This document shows, one piece after another, positions 32,553-50,155 of a stretch of DNA of 64,000 nt. Position numbers and translations under genes: made by a program. The notes beneath the pieces were generated by a model. It ran no database searches. It was given only the letters and a program-made list of their open reading frames with translations, and was not told the origin of the DNA. This DNA is from Acetobacteraceae bacterium (lineage in GTDB: Bacteria > Pseudomonadota > Alphaproteobacteria > Acetobacterales > Acetobacteraceae), in contig CBDCAA010000002.1 in the NCBI GenBank assembly GCA_965213855.1, positions 8,401-72,400 of the forward strand, given 5' to 3'. How positions within the stretch are numbered: position 1 is the first letter of the stretch; every line of letters begins with the position of its first letter.

Positions 32553-32612
32553 CCTTGAAACTTGCCGGATGGGCAAGACCGCGGGCGGCAGCACGTTCGC
32601 ACTGCCACCCGC
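32553..32612 (-). terminator. Two hairpins just 3' of rpoC (weak intrinsic terminator candidate)
   Basis: On the mRNA: GCGGGUGGCAG-loop-CUGCCGCCCGC (32612-32581), then CUUGCC-CAUCC-GGCAAG (32577-32561) followed by UUUCAAGG. Only a short U run. Confidence 0.35.
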
Positions 32613-32629
32613 GCCTTGCCGTGGGGGCT

Positions 32630-36778
<4,149 letters not shown>

Positions 36779-36848
36779 GCGTCGAACCTTTCAGCAAAAG
36801 GGTGCGGCCGGCATGTGCGCCGGCCGCAATCGTCAATCAGCCGCCCGC

Positions 36849-41027
<4,179 letters not shown>

Positions 41028-41162
41028 TCCTTGACCCAGAGTTGCACCGCACCGCCCGAGCCGGTCCGGCCGTCTTTTGCTTGGCCGCCAAACCCCCGGC
41101 CGCCGGGGTCGTCGACGGCGTCGATCAGCGGTGAGGCTGACCGGCCGTTTGGAAACGAGTCG

Positions 41163-41194
41163 GCGGGCGGCAACCGACCCTGGTTCCCGCCCGC
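41163..41194 (-). terminator. Hairpin in the rplL-rpoB spacer (attenuator candidate)
   Basis: GCGGGCGG(41163-41170)/CCGCCCGC(41187-41194) 8-bp stem with a 16-nt loop. On the mRNA it is followed by CGACUCGUUUCC. Partial terminators are known at this junction in other bacteria. Confidence 0.3.
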
Positions 41195-41240
41195 TCCTTC
41201 GCTCTGTGGCCCGGCGGAATCGCCCACCGGGTGAATGGTG

Positions 41241-41618
41241 CTACTTGACGTCGACAGTCGCGCCCTGATCCTCAAGCTGCTTCTTCAGCTTCGCTGCCTC
41301 GTCCTTGTTCACGCCTTCCTTCACCGTCTTCGGCGCGCCCTCGACGAGGTCCTTGGCTTCCTTCAGCCCAAGACCCGTGATCGTCCGCACTTCCTTAATC
41401 ACGTTGATCTTCTTCTCGCCAACCGTGGCCAGGATCACCGTGAACTCCGTCTGCTCCTCGACGGGTGCGGCCGGCGCTGCCGGGCCGCTCGGCCCCGCCA
41501 CCGCGACCGGCGCCGCGGCAGACACGCCCCACTTCTCCTCGAGCATCTTCGACAGCTCAGCCGCTTCCAGAACCGTCAGCGTGCTTAGCTCTTCAACCAG
41601 TCGTGCCAAATCGGCCAT
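41241..41618 (-). CDS. rplL: 50S ribosomal protein L7/L12
   Basis: [32 protein letters not shown]... Confidence 0.98.
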   Translation of the reverse strand: MADLARLVEELSTLTVLEAAELSKMLEEKWGVSAAAPVAVAGPSGPAAPAAPVEEQTEFTVILATVGEKKINVIKEVRTITGLGLKEAKDLVEGAPKTVKEGVNKDEAAKLKKQLEDQGATVDVK

Positions 41619-41706
41619 GTTCAGTCTTCCTTATCTATAGTCCTGAGTGGTTCCGAACAAGGTCACAGTCCATGACCTTGTCGTCGGCGATCGCAGAGCG
41701 GCCCGG

Positions 41707-42261
41707 TCAGGCCGCTTCGGCCTCGCCGTCCTGCATCCCGTCCTGCTGCGTCTCGTCCTTCTTGGCATAGGCCCCAAAGACCCGAGCGAGTTGTCCGGCC
41801 GGTGCAGCGAGCACGCCCGCAATCCGCGTGGCGGGGGTTTGGATCATCCCCACCAGCGATGCGCGAAGCGTGTCGAGCGACGGCAGATCGGCAAGCGCCT
41901 TGATTCCATCCGCATCGAGCGTCTGTTGTCCAAGGGCGCCGCCGAGCACGACGAACTTCTCGTTGGTCTTGGCGTAGTCCACGGCCGCCTTGGCCACCGC
42001 CACCGGATCCAGCGACCACGCAAGCGCGGTCGGACCCTTCAGCAATGGCTTGATGCCGTCGAACCGGGTCCCATCCAGGGCGAGGACGGCCAGACGGTTC
42101 TTCGCGACCTTGTAGGTCGAACCCGATGCCCGCATCCGGCGACGCAGGTCCGAAACCTGGGCGACCGTCATCCCGTTATTCTGGGTGACGACGACCATGT
42201 TCGTCTCTGCGAAGACCTGACCGAGCACGGATACGAACTCGCGCTTCTCCGTACGGTCCAA
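41707..42261 (-). CDS. rplJ: 50S ribosomal protein L10
   Basis: Track ORF trimmed to TTG 42261 (GGAG 7 nt upstream), giving (M)[24 protein letters not shown]... The start is inferred. Confidence 0.9.
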   Translation of the reverse strand: MDRTEKREFVSVLGQVFAETNMVVVTQNNGMTVAQVSDLRRRMRASGSTYKVAKNRLAVLALDGTRFDGIKPLLKGPTALAWSLDPVAVAKAAVDYAKTNEKFVVLGGALGQQTLDADGIKALADLPSLDTLRASLVGMIQTPATRIAGVLAAPAGQLARVFGAYAKKDETQQDGMQDGEAEAA

Positions 42262-42583
42262 ATCCCGACTCCTGCTGGCCCTGGTGCGTTTGGACCGCAC
42301 CCGGGCCGGGTTACCCCGGCGCCGCCCCATGGCGACGCCGCCGCCTGTCCGGGGCCTGCCGCGCACGGATGCACGGAGGACCCTATAGCCGGAACCGCTC
42401 AGGCCTGCCGGCGCCGCCGTAGCACCGCCGGAAACCCTTCGCTTCCCCGTCTCCACGCGCGGACCCTGCGATCCTTTACTGCCCACCGATGGGCGACGTG
42501 TGGTCTTGGACAGGTTCGGGACGGTGCGAGCACCGCCCCTGCGCACTGGCCTCCCTCAGGAGGATGGCCAGCGAATCTCGTTC
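42262..42583 (-). promoter_or_regulatory. 322-nt rplA-rplJ spacer: probable structured L10 leader (autoregulatory L10-L12 binding region)
   Basis: Long GC-rich untranslated spacer in the position where L10 leaders occur. Includes a hairpin at 42546-42571. I did not verify the fold. Confidence 0.3.
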
Positions 42584-43282
42584 TCAGGCCGCCGCAGCCA
42601 ACGTCGCCAAGTCCAGCTTGACGCCCGGACCCATCGTGGAACTCAGCGCCGCCTTTTGCAGATACACGCCCTTGGCGCCGGTCGGCTTGGCCTTCTGGAT
42701 CGCGTCGACGAAGGCGCGGACGTTCTCGGCCAGCTTCGCATCGTCGAAGCTCGCCTTGCCGATGCCGGCATGCACGATCCCCGCCTTCTCGGCCCGGAAC
42801 TCCACCTGGCCGCTCTTGGCCGCCGTGACCGCGCCCTTCACATCCATCGTCACCGTTCCCAGCTTCGGGTTCGGCATCAGGCCCCGCGGCCCCAGGATCT
42901 TTCCCAGCCGCCCCACCAGCGCCATCATGTCCGGCGTCGCGATGCAGCGGTCGAACCCGAACTCCCCGGCCTGGCACTTCTCGGCCAAGTCCTCGGCACC
43001 CACGATGTCCGCCCCGGCCGCGCGGGCCTCATCCGCCTTTGCGCCGCGTGCGAACACGCCCACCCGCAGCGTCTTGCCCGTGCCGTTCGGCAGGCTCAGC
43101 AGCCCGCGCACCATCTGGTCGGCGTGCCGCGGGTCGATGCCAAGGTTCATGCTCAGCTCGACCGTCTCGTCGAACTTGGCGCGCGCATTGGCCCGCACCA
43201 TCGCGATCGCCTCCTCCAGCGGATACGCCTTCGCGCGGTCGAACGTCGCGTAGCCGGCCTTCAGGCGCTTGTCGTGTGCCAT
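42584..43282 (-). CDS. rplA: 50S ribosomal protein L1
   Basis: 232 aa, [26 protein letters not shown]... Confidence 0.98.
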   Translation of the reverse strand: MAHDKRLKAGYATFDRAKAYPLEEAIAMVRANARAKFDETVELSMNLGIDPRHADQMVRGLLSLPNGTGKTLRVGVFARGAKADEARAAGADIVGAEDLAEKCQAGEFGFDRCIATPDMMALVGRLGKILGPRGLMPNPKLGTVTMDVKGAVTAAKSGQVEFRAEKAGIVHAGIGKASFDDAKLAENVRAFVDAIQKAKPTGAKGVYLQKAALSSTMGPGVKLDLATLAAAA

Positions 43283-43286
43283 CGGA

Positions 43287-43721
43287 TCAGCCCTCCACCA
43301 CGGTCAGGCCCATCGACCGCGCACTGCCCAGCAGCATCCGCACGGCCGCATCGCTGTCGTTCGCGTTCATGTCCTTCATCTTCGTCTCGGCGATCTCGCG
43401 AAGTTGGGCCATCGTCACCCGCCCCACCGCCGCACCCTTGCCCGGCGTTGTGGTGCCCTTCGTGATCCCGGCCGCCTTCTTCAGGAAATACGTGTTCGGC
43501 GGCGTCTTCATCACAAACGTGAAAGACCGGTCGCCAAAGGCGGTGATCACCACCGGCGTCGGCGTGCCCGGCTCCATGCCCTGCGTCGCCGCGTTGAATT
43601 CCTTACAGAACTGCATGATGTTCAGGCCGCGCTGGCCCAGCGCCGGGCCGACCGGCGGCGACGGGTTCGCCTTGCCCGCGGGGATTTGCAGCTTGATGTA
43701 GCCGACGATCTTCTTGGCCAA
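43287..43721 (-). CDS. rplK: 50S ribosomal protein L11
   Basis: [43 protein letters not shown]... Confidence 0.98.
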   Translation of the reverse strand: MAKKIVGYIKLQIPAGKANPSPPVGPALGQRGLNIMQFCKEFNAATQGMEPGTPTPVVITAFGDRSFTFVMKTPPNTYFLKKAAGITKGTTTPGKGAAVGRVTMAQLREIAETKMKDMNANDSDAAVRMLLGSARSMGLTVVEG

Positions 43722-43948
43722 GAGCCTGCACCTTCATGGTCGCAGGACCGCGGTTCATAGCGGGCGCGCCTGCCGTTCGGCAGCACGAACCCTCCCGCGT
43801 TCCAGAGTGAGGGCGGGCGTATAGCGGACAGGGCGGCGATCGTCCAGCCCTATCTGGCGGCGCCGGCCGGGGCGGCACGCGCCCCTGGCCTTCCGTGCAT
43901 GCGCGCCTATAAACGGAGCACACCACGTGATGGCAAGGACCTCCACCC

Positions 43949-44212
43949 ATGGCGCTCAAGCCCGGCATCTCTCCCGGACCGACCCCCCGCTTCAATGAGA
44001 CCGCGATCGCCATCGGCGCGTCGTTCGTCATCGCCCTCGTGCTGGCGACGCTCATGACCGGCAACCCGTTCCGCGCCATGCGCCTGGCCTATACCGACTA
44101 CAGCAATACTCCCGCCGCCGGGGCGCCGAAGGCGTCGACCACGCGTGCGCCAGAGACAGCGACTCCGCCGGCCAACAAGCCATCGGCCACGGACACCAAA
44201 ACCAACGGTTGA
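43949..44212 (+). CDS. Hypothetical small single-pass membrane protein with Pro/Thr/Ala-rich tail
   Basis: 87-aa ORF with high-GC third positions. One hydrophobic helix (AIAIGASFVIALVLATLM). No recognisable family. Confidence 0.45.
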   Translation: MALKPGISPGPTPRFNETAIAIGASFVIALVLATLMTGNPFRAMRLAYTDYSNTPAAGAPKASTTRAPETATPPANKPSATDTKTNG

Positions 44213-44301
44213 GGCAGGGCCGGCAGTGGAAAGGATTTCTTAAGCTCTATCGGCGAGCATGGCGCGAAGCGGCAGCGGCCGCATCGTCATGAGGTCGATA
44301 G

Positions 44302-46416
44302 ATGCAGAGCCTGCCCCGGTTCCGCCTGCCCGGATTGCGTGGAGACGACCGGGCCGTGCTGAAGGCCGTCCATGGCTCCCAGGCCGTTATCGGGTTCACG
44401 GCAGGGGGCGACATCCTCGGCGCGAACGCCAACTTCCTCGCGACTGTCGGCTACACGGCCGCTGAGCTTCGCGGCCGGCATCACAGCCTGTTCGTGGACC
44501 CGGCCGAACGGTCCAGCCCTGCCTACCAGGCGTTCTGGACGGCGCTCGCCGCCGGCCAGGTGATCCGGTCCGATTTCCGGCGCGTGGCCAAGGGTGGGCG
44601 CGAGATTTGGCTGCACGGCAGCTACAACCCGGTTCGCACCCGCACGGGCCGGGTCGCCAGGGTGGTGACGTTCGCCACCGACGTGACCGAGCAAGTGCTG
44701 CAACGGGCCGACGCCGCCGGCCAGGTCGCTGCCATCGGCAAGTCTAACGCGGTGGTCGAGTTCGCGCTCGACGGCACGATCCTGACGGCGAACGACACCT
44801 TCCTGCATGCACTGGGCTACAGCCTGCCCGAAGTCGTCGGCCGGCCGCACGCGATCTTCATCGAGCCGGCCATGCGTGAGAGCGCCGAATATCGCGCCTT
44901 CTGGGCCGCGCTGAGCCAGGGCGCGTTCCAATCGGGCCAGTTCAAACGCATCCGCAAGGACGGCCGGCCCGTCTGGATCGAGGCGACCTACAACCCGATC
45001 CTCGACGCCGCCGGGCGGGTGTTCAAGGTCGTGAAGTTCGCGACCGACGTCACGGCCGCGCGCTTGCGTAACGCGGACGTCTCGGCCCAGGTGGCGGCGA
45101 TCAACCGGTCGCAGGGCAGCGTCGAGTTCGACCTCGATGGCACGATCCGCACCGCCAACACCCTCTTCCTCGACGCACTCGGCTACACCCTCGATGAGGT
45201 CAAGGGCCGGCGCCACGCCATGTTCCTCGAGCCCGGCGAAGCCGAGAGTGCGGACTACCGCGCGTTCTGGGCCGGGCTGAACCAGGGCCAGTTCCAGGCC
45301 GGGCAGTATCGCCGCTTCGGCAAGGCCGGCCGGGTCGTCTGGATCCAGGCAACTTACAACCCCGTCCTCGACCTCGACGGCAAGCCGTTCAAGGTCGTGA
45401 AGTTCGCCAGCGACGTGACCGAGGCCGTCCGGCAGCGCGACCGGCTGAGCCTGCTCTCGCTCGTGGCCGACGGCACCGACAACAGCGTCGTGATCACATC
45501 GCCGGACGGGCTCATCGAATACGTCAACCCGGGCTTCACGCGGCTGACCGGCTTCTCGATGGCCGAAGCGATCGGCAAGACCCCCGGCAGCCTGTTGCAA
45601 GGCCCGGGCACCGACCCAAACACCGTGGCCGCCATCCGGGAGAACCTGCGCAAGCGGAACCCCTTTTACGAGGAGATCCTGAACTACTCGAAAACTCGGG
45701 AACCCTACTGGATCTCGCTCTCGATCAACCCGATCCTCCGCGCCGATGGCACGCTGGAGCGCTTCATTTCGGTGCAGACGAACATTACCCAGGTCAAGAT
45801 GGATTCCGGGTCGCGGATCGACGCGATCGAACGGTCTAACGTCGTGCTGGAGTGGGATGACCGGAACCGGCTCGTCCGCTTGAACAAGGCTGCCATGGAC
45901 GGTCTGGGCGTCGCCACGCTCGACGCCGCCCAGCGTCTGCCGAGCCTGGCCTACGATGCGCTGTTTCCACCGGGTCAGCAGGAGGCGCTGCGGCGCGGCG
46001 AGACGCTCACCCGGGACATGGCGGTCATGGGCACCACGGCGGCACCGCTTTTCCTTGCCGCAACCGTCCAGCCGCTGCGCCACATCCACGGCGCGCTGCG
46101 CCGAACCGTCCTCTATGCCATCGACGTCTCGGCGAAGCGTGAGGCCGTGCGGCAGACGGAACAGATCATGAGCACCGTGCTCGACCAGATCAACGAGATT
46201 GCCCGAACCATCTCGGGCGTGTCCGGACAGACCAACCTGCTCGCCCTGAACGCGACGATCGAGGCGGCGCGCGCAGGTGACGCCGGCCGGGGCTTCGCGA
46301 TCGTCGCCTCCGAAGTCAAAGCGCTCGCGCAGCGCTCCTCCGGCCTCTCCACCGAGATCGCCGGCCTGGTCCGGGACACACAGAAACAGATCGAACAGCT
46401 GGCTTCGACGATCTAG
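44302..46416 (+). CDS. Soluble multi-PAS methyl-accepting chemotaxis-like protein with a very short signalling hairpin
   Basis: 704 aa with no TM segment. Three tandem ~120-aa PAS repeats (..F..ALGY...E..GR.H..F.....S..Y..FW..L..G.....F.R..K.G...W....YNP..), two further PAS-like regions, and a C-terminal MCP tip ([37 protein letters not shown]). GAGG Shine-Dalgarno 7 nt upstream. Confidence 0.85.
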   Translation: MQSLPRFRLPGLRGDDRAVLKAVHGSQAVIGFTAGGDILGANANFLATVGYTAAELRGRHHSLFVDPAERSSPAYQAFWTALAAGQVIRSDFRRVAKGGREIWLHGSYNPVRTRTGRVARVVTFATDVTEQVLQRADAAGQVAAIGKSNAVVEFALDGTILTANDTFLHALGYSLPEVVGRPHAIFIEPAMRESAEYRAFWAALSQGAFQSGQFKRIRKDGRPVWIEATYNPILDAAGRVFKVVKFATDVTAARLRNADVSAQVAAINRSQGSVEFDLDGTIRTANTLFLDALGYTLDEVKGRRHAMFLEPGEAESADYRAFWAGLNQGQFQAGQYRRFGKAGRVVWIQATYNPVLDLDGKPFKVVKFASDVTEAVRQRDRLSLLSLVADGTDNSVVITSPDGLIEYVNPGFTRLTGFSMAEAIGKTPGSLLQGPGTDPNTVAAIRENLRKRNPFYEEILNYSKTREPYWISLSINPILRADGTLERFISVQTNITQVKMDSGSRIDAIERSNVVLEWDDRNRLVRLNKAAMDGLGVATLDAAQRLPSLAYDALFPPGQQEALRRGETLTRDMAVMGTTAAPLFLAATVQPLRHIHGALRRTVLYAIDVSAKREAVRQTEQIMSTVLDQINEIARTISGVSGQTNLLALNATIEAARAGDAGRGFAIVASEVKALAQRSSGLSTEIAGLVRDTQKQIEQLASTI
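44350..45440 (+). repeat. Three tandem diverged ~366-nt coding repeats (PAS modules) inside the chemoreceptor gene
   Basis: Collinear repeats in the protein, each ending ...[12 protein letters not shown] / ...[12 protein letters not shown] / ...[12 protein letters not shown]. Confidence 0.75.
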
Positions 46417-46455
46417 CCGCACGGCCCGCACCACGGCAGATCGTTACAACTCTGT

Positions 46456-46483
46456 TTGCATCTCCGGCCCGATACCCTATAAG
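46456..46483 (+). promoter_or_regulatory. Sigma-70-like promoter candidate for the OmpA-like gene
   Basis: TTGCAT (46456-46461) - 16 nt - TATAAG (46478-46483), about 28 nt upstream of GTG 46511. Confidence 0.3.
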
Positions 46484-46510
46484 GCCGCATCATCCTGCGG
46501 GAGAACGCCT

Positions 46511-47110
46511 GTGAAGCACCTTGTCCTCGCGGCCGCCACCATCCTCCTCGCGCCCGCGGCATTCGCCCAAGGCTCGCCATCGGTCGACGACCTCATCCGC
46601 GACCTGAAGCCCCACGCAGACCAGCGCACCCGCGGCATCCACGCGATCGCCCCGGCCATGCCGGACGCTCCGGCAACGCCGACCTCCATGCGCTACCCGA
46701 ACCGAGCACGCCCGTCCGCCCCCCCGCAGACCGCGGTGCCGGCCCCGGCCGTGAGCGACCTCGCCTCCACCAGCATGCAGGTCCAGTTCGAGAACGGGTC
46801 GGACCGCCTCACCCCGGCCGCGACGCGCGAGCTGGACAAGCTCGGCCGCGCTTTGTCGAACGCGGAGCTGTCAAGCTACCGCTTCCGTATCGAGGGCCAC
46901 ACCGACGCCGTCGGCAGCCGGGACATGAACCAGATGCTCTCCGAGCGTCGCGCGACGGCCGTGGTCGACTACGTCACCACCCATTATGGCGTGGACCGCT
47001 CGCGGTTGACGGCCATCGGCATGGGCTTCAATCAGATGGCGATACCGACCGCGGAGGGCATTGCCGAGCCCCGCAACCGCCGGGTGCAGATCGTCAACGT
47101 CGGCGCCTGA
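46511..47110 (+). CDS. OmpA-family peptidoglycan-binding protein
   Basis: Track ORF 46277..47110 trimmed to GTG 46511 (GGGAGA Shine-Dalgarno), giving the signal peptide (M)KHLVLAAATILLAPAAFAQ. OmpA_C-like domain (VQFENGSDRLTPAATRELDKLGRAL...RFRIEGHTDAVGSRDMNQMLSERRATAV). Confidence 0.8.
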   Translation: MKHLVLAAATILLAPAAFAQGSPSVDDLIRDLKPHADQRTRGIHAIAPAMPDAPATPTSMRYPNRARPSAPPQTAVPAPAVSDLASTSMQVQFENGSDRLTPAATRELDKLGRALSNAELSSYRFRIEGHTDAVGSRDMNQMLSERRATAVVDYVTTHYGVDRSRLTAIGMGFNQMAIPTAEGIAEPRNRRVQIVNVGA

Positions 47111-47113
47111 CCC

Positions 47114-50100
47114 TCAGAGCGCTGCGGGCCCACGGACCGAGCCGGCGACAGGCGTGCCGGCCTTCGGCGCCGCCGCCTGGCCGACCAGCGCAAACGGCGC
47201 CCAGAAGAACGGGTGGCTGAACTCCGCCGGAAGCCCGTTGCCGGCCCGCTCCAGCATCACGCCCTGCGCCTGCTGCAGCGCCGCCGCGACACCCAGCCCC
47301 GGGTCCGCCCGCATCCGTCGCAGCGTGTCGGCGACGATGAACGTCGCCGCACTGTCGCTCACCTCCCAATGCGTGATCAGCAGCGCCCGCGCGCCGCCGA
47401 AGAAGAAACTGCGCGCCAGCGTCGATAGGCTCTCGCCCCCGCCAAGCGTGCCATTCGGCCCGCCCGAGTTGCACGCCGACAGGATGACCAAGTCCGCATC
47501 GAGTTTGATCTGCGCCAGGTCCGACGCCGTCAGCAGCGCGCCCGACGCGTCCGCCGCCCCCGCCGGCGCGCTCGCCACCAGCGCCGGCTCGTTCTGGCAG
47601 CGCAGCTCCGACGGCAGGATCGCGTGCGTCGCGAAATGCAGCACCCGGTAGTCCGACAGCGCGCGGGTCTCGACCGCCCGTGCCGTGAACGCGCTTCCCA
47701 GCAGCTCGTCGCCCGCCGAGCCGCCCAGCAGCTCCCGCGCCTTGCTCAGCTCGACCGTCGCGGACGGCAGCGGCGGCAGATGCGCCAGCAGCGTCGCGCT
47801 GTCGCCGCAATTTGCCGGGAATGTCCGCCGCGCCTGGGCCAGCGTCACGGGGTGAAAGTCGCCGAACCCGAACCACGGCCGGCTCGCCCGCGACCCGCCG
47901 CTCACCTTGCGCAGCGCCGTGAAGTTGGCCGCCGACGGCACGTGCCCGATCGCCATCCGCCGTGCGAGCCACGGCGCCGCGCCCAGCCGCGCGGGATCGC
48001 CATGCCCGGTCAGCATCACGCCGAACGGCAGCGAGAGCAGGCTTCCGGACGGCGCGACCGTCAGCGCCGTCACCCCGTCCAGCTTCGGCGCGACGTCGCC
48101 GAACACGTCGTCGAACAACGCCTCGGCCGCCTGCGTGTCGAACGCCGGCAAGGTCGGCTCCATCGCGCTCCGGACCCGCAGCACCAGCGGGTCGATCGCC
48201 CGCGCCCCGCCATGGAGGCGCCCGACCGATACCGCACCGTCGCGCAGCAGGAACACGTAGCCGGCCTCATCGGACAGCGTGATCGCTACGAACGCCTCCC
48301 CGGGCCGCAGCGTCGCCAGCACGGTGTCGGCCGACACCGCCTGCTGGATCAGCTGGTCATAGTTCGGCGCCGCTTCCTGCAGCCGCGACTCCTGCGTCGC
48401 CAGGCCGGCGCGCGCCTCCCCCTCCTCCTGGTCCAGCGCCGTCCGCGCCGCGGCCGTGACCGGTGCGCCCGAATCCAGCAGGTCCTGCCGCCTCCGGAGC
48501 ACCCCGGCCACCCGAGCCGCCGCATCCTGCTGCTCCCGGATCGCTTCGCCCAGCTTGGGATTGGCGCTGCTCCCGGCCAGCCGGGCAGAAGCCTGCTGGA
48601 TCTGCTGGCTCGTCGTGCTCCCCTGCACAAGCTGGGAGGCCAGGAACATCTCCCGCCGCAATGCCTCCGCCCGCGCCGGGTCCCGCGTCTCGGCGGCAGC
48701 CCCCGCGAACGAATCGAGGCACCCGCTCATCGGGCCCGGCTGGAATGCGCTCTTGATCTCCTGCAGGATCGCCATGGCATTCCGGCAAACAGGGACCGCC
48801 GCCTCCGCCTGCCCGGCCCGCACCAGCTCGCGCGCCTGCAACAGCAGCACGAGCGCCTGCGGGCGAGACGACGGATAGGCGCGCAAGAACGACCGGCTGC
48901 TGTTCTCGAATGCCGACAGCGCGACCGGCTCGTTGCCTGCCTGCGACGCGCTCACCCCTTCGGCCCGGTCCAGCCGCGCCGTCAGTTCCGGCCGCCCGAG
49001 CCCGGCATCCTGCGCCACGGTCGCCGCCAAATGAAGCATCGCCTCGCTCTCGTCACGCCGCCCCATGCCGCGCAGCACGACGCCCTGATAGCGCCGCGCC
49101 TCGACCAGCCCCGCAACCGCGGCCCGAAGCTGGCGCTCCAGCGGCGTTGCCGTCGCGGCCTCCAGGCTCGCCTCGATACTGTCCCGCGATCGCGGCGGCG
49201 GCCGCAGCGCATCGGCTGGCAGCACCGCCAAATACCCGGCATCGGCCCGCCGCAACAACGCCAGCGCCGCCTCGTCATGGTGCTGGTTGAACTCGTGTAG
49301 GCCCTCGTAGTGCAGCAAGCGCGGCCGCAACGTCACATCGCCCTGCTGCTGCGCCGCCAGCCGCTCGGCGCGCTTGAACAGCGCCTCCGCCTCGAGGAAC
49401 CGCCCCTGATTGGACAGTTGCAGCGCCAGGTGCATCGCGGGGTCAGCCACGTTCGGGTTGTCACGCCCGAACGCCTTCTCCTCCAGCGCGAGCGCCGCGC
49501 CATAGGCGCTCTCCGCCGCGGCCGGATTATCGGCCAGGTTCGCGCGCGCGCCCTGCTGCATCAGCGCGTCGTACTCCCGCACGTCGCCGGTCGCCCGCGC
49601 GGCCGTACCCCGCCGCTCCGCCTGCAGCGCCTGCAGCGCGGTGTTGGTGATCACCGTCCCGCGGGCCCGCCCGGATAGGATCGCGATCGAACGCCCGACC
49701 ACCGGCTCGGCCGACGTCACGCCATCGGCCAGCCACGCCTGCCCGCCGGACAATGCCACCAGCGCCAAATGCGGCCACCCGCCCGCCTTGCCCGTGCACA
49801 CCATCCGCATCGCCGGCATGCCGTCCAGCGTCATCGGCTGCGGCGCCGGACACAGGTAGTTGGCATCCAGCCCGGTGCGCCAGGGCCCGGCCGTGGCCAG
49901 GGCGCCCAGCGTCGCCTCCGTCGCCGCCCCGCCGGCCCGCACCCGCGCGCTCGGCTGCTGCCATGTCCCGCAATAGACCCGCGCCCCGGCCGTCCGCCCC
50001 GCCGCCTGCACGCACGCCTCGCCGACCTGGTTGCTTCCCAGCTCGACCGAGTCGGGCGACGCGCCACCTGCCGCGCCGGACACATACGCCTCAGGCGGCG

Positions 50101-50155
50101 GCGCCGTGCACCCCGCCAGCAGCAGCGCCCCGACCAGGCAGGCGCGCATTGTCAT
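47114..50155 (-). CDS. Exported TPR-like/CHAT-domain (caspase-fold protease) lipoprotein
   Basis: 1013 aa. Lipobox MTMRACLVGALLLAG|C (Cys16). Cys-containing N-terminal domain, long helical repeat region, and a C-terminal CHAT domain with both dyad contexts (YRVLHFATHA, nt about 47625-47645; DLVILSACNSGG, nt about 47463-47489). Its ATG 50155 overlaps the tpsA TGA (ATGA). Confidence 0.85.
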   Translation of the reverse strand: MTMRACLVGALLLAGCTAPPPEAYVSGAAGGASPDSVELGSNQVGEACVQAAGRTAGARVYCGTWQQPSARVRAGGAATEATLGALATAGPWRTGLDANYLCPAPQPMTLDGMPAMRMVCTGKAGGWPHLALVALSGGQAWLADGVTSAEPVVGRSIAILSGRARGTVITNTALQALQAERRGTAARATGDVREYDALMQQGARANLADNPAAAESAYGAALALEEKAFGRDNPNVADPAMHLALQLSNQGRFLEAEALFKRAERLAAQQQGDVTLRPRLLHYEGLHEFNQHHDEAALALLRRADAGYLAVLPADALRPPPRSRDSIEASLEAATATPLERQLRAAVAGLVEARRYQGVVLRGMGRRDESEAMLHLAATVAQDAGLGRPELTARLDRAEGVSASQAGNEPVALSAFENSSRSFLRAYPSSRPQALVLLLQARELVRAGQAEAAVPVCRNAMAILQEIKSAFQPGPMSGCLDSFAGAAAETRDPARAEALRREMFLASQLVQGSTTSQQIQQASARLAGSSANPKLGEAIREQQDAAARVAGVLRRRQDLLDSGAPVTAAARTALDQEEGEARAGLATQESRLQEAAPNYDQLIQQAVSADTVLATLRPGEAFVAITLSDEAGYVFLLRDGAVSVGRLHGGARAIDPLVLRVRSAMEPTLPAFDTQAAEALFDDVFGDVAPKLDGVTALTVAPSGSLLSLPFGVMLTGHGDPARLGAAPWLARRMAIGHVPSAANFTALRKVSGGSRASRPWFGFGDFHPVTLAQARRTFPANCGDSATLLAHLPPLPSATVELSKARELLGGSAGDELLGSAFTARAVETRALSDYRVLHFATHAILPSELRCQNEPALVASAPAGAADASGALLTASDLAQIKLDADLVILSACNSGGPNGTLGGGESLSTLARSFFFGGARALLITHWEVSDSAATFIVADTLRRMRADPGLGVAAALQQAQGVMLERAGNGLPAEFSHPFFWAPFALVGQAAAPKAGTPVAGSVRGPAAL

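Noticed and set aside
32202-32608. ORFs 32202..32516 and 32279..32608 (minus) in the rpoC-rpsL spacer
   Set aside because: Products are Arg/Ala/Cys-rich, there is no Shine-Dalgarno, and the two overlap each other. I treated the region as a non-coding leader instead.
43906-43936. Promoter for rplK (TTGCCA - 17 nt - TTTATA on the minus strand)
   Set aside because: The -10 match is poor and the alternative TATAGG needs a 19-nt spacer. This is not good enough to annotate.
44287-46434. 715-aa minus ORF
   Set aside because: It is antisense to the PAS chemoreceptor. It has no motifs, while the plus frame has PAS and MCP signatures.
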